Source of the DNA: Opitutales bacterium
GTDB taxonomy: Bacteria; Verrucomicrobiota; Verrucomicrobiia; Opitutales; UBA2987
Length of the DNA stretch: 64,000 nucleotides
Reading direction: 5' to 3'
Assembly: GCA_965226885.1 (NCBI GenBank)
Contig: CBDDEL010000017.1
Coordinates: 32,001 to 96,000, forward strand
The first letter of the stretch is position 1, and every line of letters starts with the position of its first letter. Positions 61,501 to 64,000 of the stretch are shown piece by piece. Both the position numbers and the translations under genes were made by a program. Under the pieces are notes generated by a model that was not told the DNA's origin, did no database searches, and saw only the letters and a program-made list of their open reading frames with translations.

Positions 61501-61879
61501 TCTTGGTGGGGCGATTCTGATGCGTCTTGACCACCAATGGGATGTTGTCCTTGGCTGACGGCAGGGAGGTGGAAAAATAAACCGGAACCCCCGGAACTCC
61601 ATTTTCAGGCTGTTTGGAGTAGGGTAAAATATGCTGTTCGGGCCTGCGGCAACCTGCCATGCCGGCCCCGGCGAAAGCAAAGGAGGCAGCCATGATCTTG
61701 AGGAAATGCCTACGGTTGAAGCCCTCTATTTCGGAGGCCCCGGCCGGGAATTCGCGTTCCACCCAGTCGCGGAATTCAGCCGATTCCGCCAGCTCGTCGA
61801 GGCTTTTCCAATAATGAGGACCACTGCGGTGTTTTTCCGCGGTTTCCGATGGCTGTTTTTGTTGGGTTGGGAGAATCAT
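58526..61879 (-). CDS. actB: Alternative complex III subunit ActB (molybdopterin-oxidoreductase-like plus Fe-S domain)
   Basis: YWKSLDEL, Tat motif NRRHFLK, CTGCSACVVAC, CMHCEMAPCEQVC, CVGTRYCANNC, KCTYC; start 61879 (ATGA overlap with actA). Confidence 0.92.
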   Translation of the reverse strand: MILPTQQKQPSETAEKHRSGPHYWKSLDELAESAEFRDWVEREFPAGASEIEGFNRRHFLKIMAASFAFAGAGMAGCRRPEQHILPYSKQPENGVPGVPVYFSTSLPSAKDNIPLVVKTHQNRPTKIEGNPAYSPYGGSTNLQAQASILDLYDPDRSATSKKRSRELNRAEVEAWLDAIGEKYRPTQGQGLAILAEGSTSPTRERLVKALRERFPRSIWAEYDATEQNNAESALARILGKRLRPRYNFKNARRILSLDADFLNSGPGLLQQARDFSDRRRVHEPAAAEKMSRLYMAESHYSITGTMADHRLRLPASHIPALAALTVAELLEKMDQNASLAALLRRKAAGLEVDSAWIRECVADLLEHRGEAVIVAGEDQPVEVHQLAYFANDLLSANGKTVDYLEIPEKEGVTIQDLAEAIQAGRVETLFILGGNPAYNAPGDLHWADLQGAVDEVIRFGYYEDETSALSQGHIAAAHYLESWGDGRAWDGVILPVQPMILPLFDGFQEIAILARLAGLEETDPYILVRETIAAITGKLDNDRAFERFLSDGLLENSGYARKKVALDVGALQKDVARMIPPSRPFSADDLEVRITADPKVLDGRYSNNGWLQECPDPMTKITWDNVISISPQLARDLGWEPNTPRSPVSRFLKLAQVSAKRFNDFKMGRQVAPVGTLSINGTTITGPINVQPGLADYTVALTTGYGRTKSGRVGDNVGFSAYPLFSSQSGGIIRGARLELAGTTHNLANTQEHWSMEGRAIIREANVGDFQKEPHFVEKLGMESHSPPILGSAKDKSLQEQVVTQPRGNSLYFTPKFGGAQQWGMSIDLNVCTGCSACVVACQSENNIPIVGQDQVARGREMHWIRLDRYYSSGDVEVNKQHVPDNPQVSVAPIPCMHCEMAPCEQVCPVNATVHDSQGLNVMAYNRCVGTRYCANNCPYKVRRFNFFDWNKREIDHFYEGPLGPAGKPEIKSLQKNPEVTIRMRGVMEKCTYCQQRIDVEVIKAKVAARDSDDVKVREGAIKTACQQVCPTGAIVFGDVADADSEVSKIKNSDLNYGMLGYLNTRPRTTYLARLRNPNPLMPDYESMPLSRMEYEKLNPHGAAHGEDTEHGNGSHH

Positions 61880-62529
61880 CGATGGCATCTGGAACAGCTC
61901 AAAGGTGGGTCGATTTTCCATGCTTCGACAATTTTTTGACCCATTTCGAGTTGTTCCCGGTGGTTGGGGGCTTTCCAGTCCAAATCGTAAACTTTGTCGA
62001 GGGGGCGTACTTTTTCTTCGGGATTGCGGTGGCAGGTAAGACAAAAATCCATGCTCAGTGATTCTGCGTGCTCGACTACTTTCATTTTATTGATCTGCCC
62101 GTGGCACTCCACACAGCTGACACCCCGATTGACGTGCGCTGAGTGGTCAAAATAAACGTAATCCGGCAATTTGTGTACGCGAATCCAGGGAACGGGTTCC
62201 CCCGATTGGTAGCTTTCGCGGATGGGCGCCAGCTTGGGGCTTTCCGGCAGAATCTGGTTGTGACAATTCATGCAAGTGGCCGCATCCGGCACATTGGCGT
62301 GCTCCGAGCGGTCCACATAGGTATGACAATAGCGGCAATCCAGGCCAAGTTGACCGACATGCAGGCTATGGTCATAAGCCACTGGTTGGGTAGGTTGATA
62401 GCCGACGCGGGTGTATTTGGGCGAAAAAAAGTAGGTCACTCCGGCGGTTCCGACTCCGCTCAAAAGAAACAAGGCGATGATCACATTGATCGGTACCTGA
62501 TTGGACCATTTAGGGAAAATATTCGCCAT
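61876..62529 (-). CDS. actA: Alternative complex III pentaheme cytochrome ActA
   Basis: Five CxxCH motifs (CRYCH, CMNCH, CVECH, CLTCH, CSRCH); N-terminal TM. Confidence 0.93.
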   Translation of the reverse strand: MANIFPKWSNQVPINVIIALFLLSGVGTAGVTYFFSPKYTRVGYQPTQPVAYDHSLHVGQLGLDCRYCHTYVDRSEHANVPDAATCMNCHNQILPESPKLAPIRESYQSGEPVPWIRVHKLPDYVYFDHSAHVNRGVSCVECHGQINKMKVVEHAESLSMDFCLTCHRNPEEKVRPLDKVYDLDWKAPNHREQLEMGQKIVEAWKIDPPLSCSRCHR

Positions 62530-62583
62530 TACTCAAAAAAGAATTCTAACCGTGCCTCGTTTTTACGATGTTTCAACAGCTTC

Positions 62584-62772
62584 TTAGGCAAAGGGATTTT
62601 TACGGGCTACAGCCCGTGGGTCCCTCTTTACGGCTAGCGGTTTGTCAACCGAAGGACTGATTTTTGGGTCTCTCCACCCGGAAAGACCCGCTTTGGTCAG
62701 GCCGAATAATCCGGCGCCCAGTCCCACCATCCATTTAAGAAAGTTTTTTCGCTCTATACTGACAATCGACAT
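62584..62772 (-). CDS. Small protein with Tat-like N-terminus preceding actA
   Basis: ERKNFLK plus hydrophobic stretch; co-oriented, 54 bp upstream of actA. Confidence 0.5.
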   Translation of the reverse strand: MSIVSIERKNFLKWMVGLGAGLFGLTKAGLSGWRDPKISPSVDKPLAVKRDPRAVARKNPFA

Positions 62773-63078
62773 CCAGAGTTATTTAGGGGTTTCAATTCAG
62801 TTCAGTTCAAAAATGAACCTGTCACAGGAAATACAAAAGGAGAAATAATGTTCGCAATTCAACTATTGAGGCCCGGGATCAGGTAAATATTTTCAACCAT
62901 GCCCAGCCCCAGCCAATAGAAGAATTCAGTTCAATTCTTCAACATATTTTTGTAATTTATCGAATTAATTTAAAATTTAATAACTATTATTAGAAGAATT
63001 TTGCATTAAAAAGGATAGTGAACCCGAAATTGGAAAACCAATTCTCCGCTGTCAACCCCGGAAGAAATGATTTTTGGG

Positions 63079-63228
63079 TGACGTGTACTGGATTTGTTGG
63101 ACACGGGATTCTCTTATATTCATTGTTTATTGAACTGCCTCATTTTTGAACTCTATACTGCGTCTTCTTCCCATGCTTCGATTCTCCATTTAGGAGAATC
63201 TCGTGTCCACTTTTTCCAGTGCACATCA
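63079..63228. mobile_element. 150-bp internally deleted derivative of the IS3 element
   Basis: Both IS ends retained, joined at a TTGA microhomology. Confidence 0.88.
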
Positions 63229-63477
63229 GTACTAATTGACAGCAGATACCAAAATCATTTGCCAAATCACCTTGAAAGCAATAAATTGGATCGAATTATT
63301 AGAAAGTAACTATTTTCAACGATTATGAATGTTCATATGGGAAATCTCGGATTTAATTAATATAAATCAAATCACTGATTGCCGGATGCCAGACGGCGAC
63401 CGGGATTTTACGCTCTATTCCTTGCATATAAAGCGGCCTACGGACTTTAAGCTTTTCCCGAAAAATTCTTCCCCACT

Positions 63478-63690
63478 ATGGCAGGCAATCTCGTAAAACG
63501 AATCAAGTGGATAGTCTTGGGCCTAGTACTGGTCCTGATTTTAATACTGATTTTGCAAAATACCGAGAGCGTGGCTTTGAGATTTTTTCTCTGGAATCTT
63601 GAAATGCCTAAGCTGGCATTGGTAATTCTTTGCCTCCTGGCCGGTATGGCCGCCGGATTCATGTTAGCCAAGCAGCCGTGGGACCATTAA
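63478..63690 (+). CDS. LapA-family small membrane protein
   Basis: Two TM helices with the QNTESVALRFFLW loop. Confidence 0.75.
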   Translation: MAGNLVKRIKWIVLGLVLVLILILILQNTESVALRFFLWNLEMPKLALVILCLLAGMAAGFMLAKQPWDH

Positions 63691-64000
63691 CGGCCGGGCC
63701 GGACAAGACCTTCATTGTAAATCCGAATCCGGTTTTTCCAATTCAATCCATGCGGACAGCGAAATTTATTTGGTTTCCGAACTTGAATATTATTTCCAAA
63801 AGTATTTGTTGTTGAATCTTTTTCGTTGACTGGCGCGTCCCAAATAGAATTTAGCAAGCTGTTGCGGAATCGAATAATGTCGCCTGAACAGAATTTCCTT
63901 TCGGGTATTCAATGTATAAGCAAAAATAGTAAATAATTTTCAAGGAATGAACAAATCGATCATCATTGCGTTAAGCCTTTTCGTAGCTCTTTTACTTTGG

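Overview
Bacterial chromosomal window, probably Verrucomicrobiota/Opitutales (inferred from gene style and context, not from a search). Left arm (1-10 kb): a histone H1/Hc2-like protein, a MalK-type ATPase, a LolA-like protein, secG, parB, a LysM protein, fmt, der, an aminotransferase and Lrp. Accessory region (~10.0-38.6 kb): a ~19 kb cluster of 15 catabolic and transport genes that I cannot match to a named pathway. It includes a stand-alone DpaA-like enzyme, an opine dehydrogenase, an enolase-family enzyme with unusual active-site residues, four different C-N hydrolases, ThDP E1 alpha/beta with a free lipoyl carrier, ALDH and an SLC13 permease. The region also carries two IS3 copies, one IS5-like element, three IS1380 copies, a MITE and two IS-disrupted genes. 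Right arm: GH13 pullulanase-like gene, gap, pgk, a secreted nuclease, an M28 peptidase, pal, a response regulator, mlaEFDC, hldD, and a complete alternative complex III operon (actA-G). The operon is followed by a CcoN-like subunit that has lost about half of its heme/Cu ligands. Main leads: the orphan catabolic pathway, the apparently non-catalytic oxidase module on ACIII, a Trp-rich C-terminal domain shared by two unrelated secreted proteins (one visible only after removing two IS), and recurrent 7-20 bp tandem duplications.
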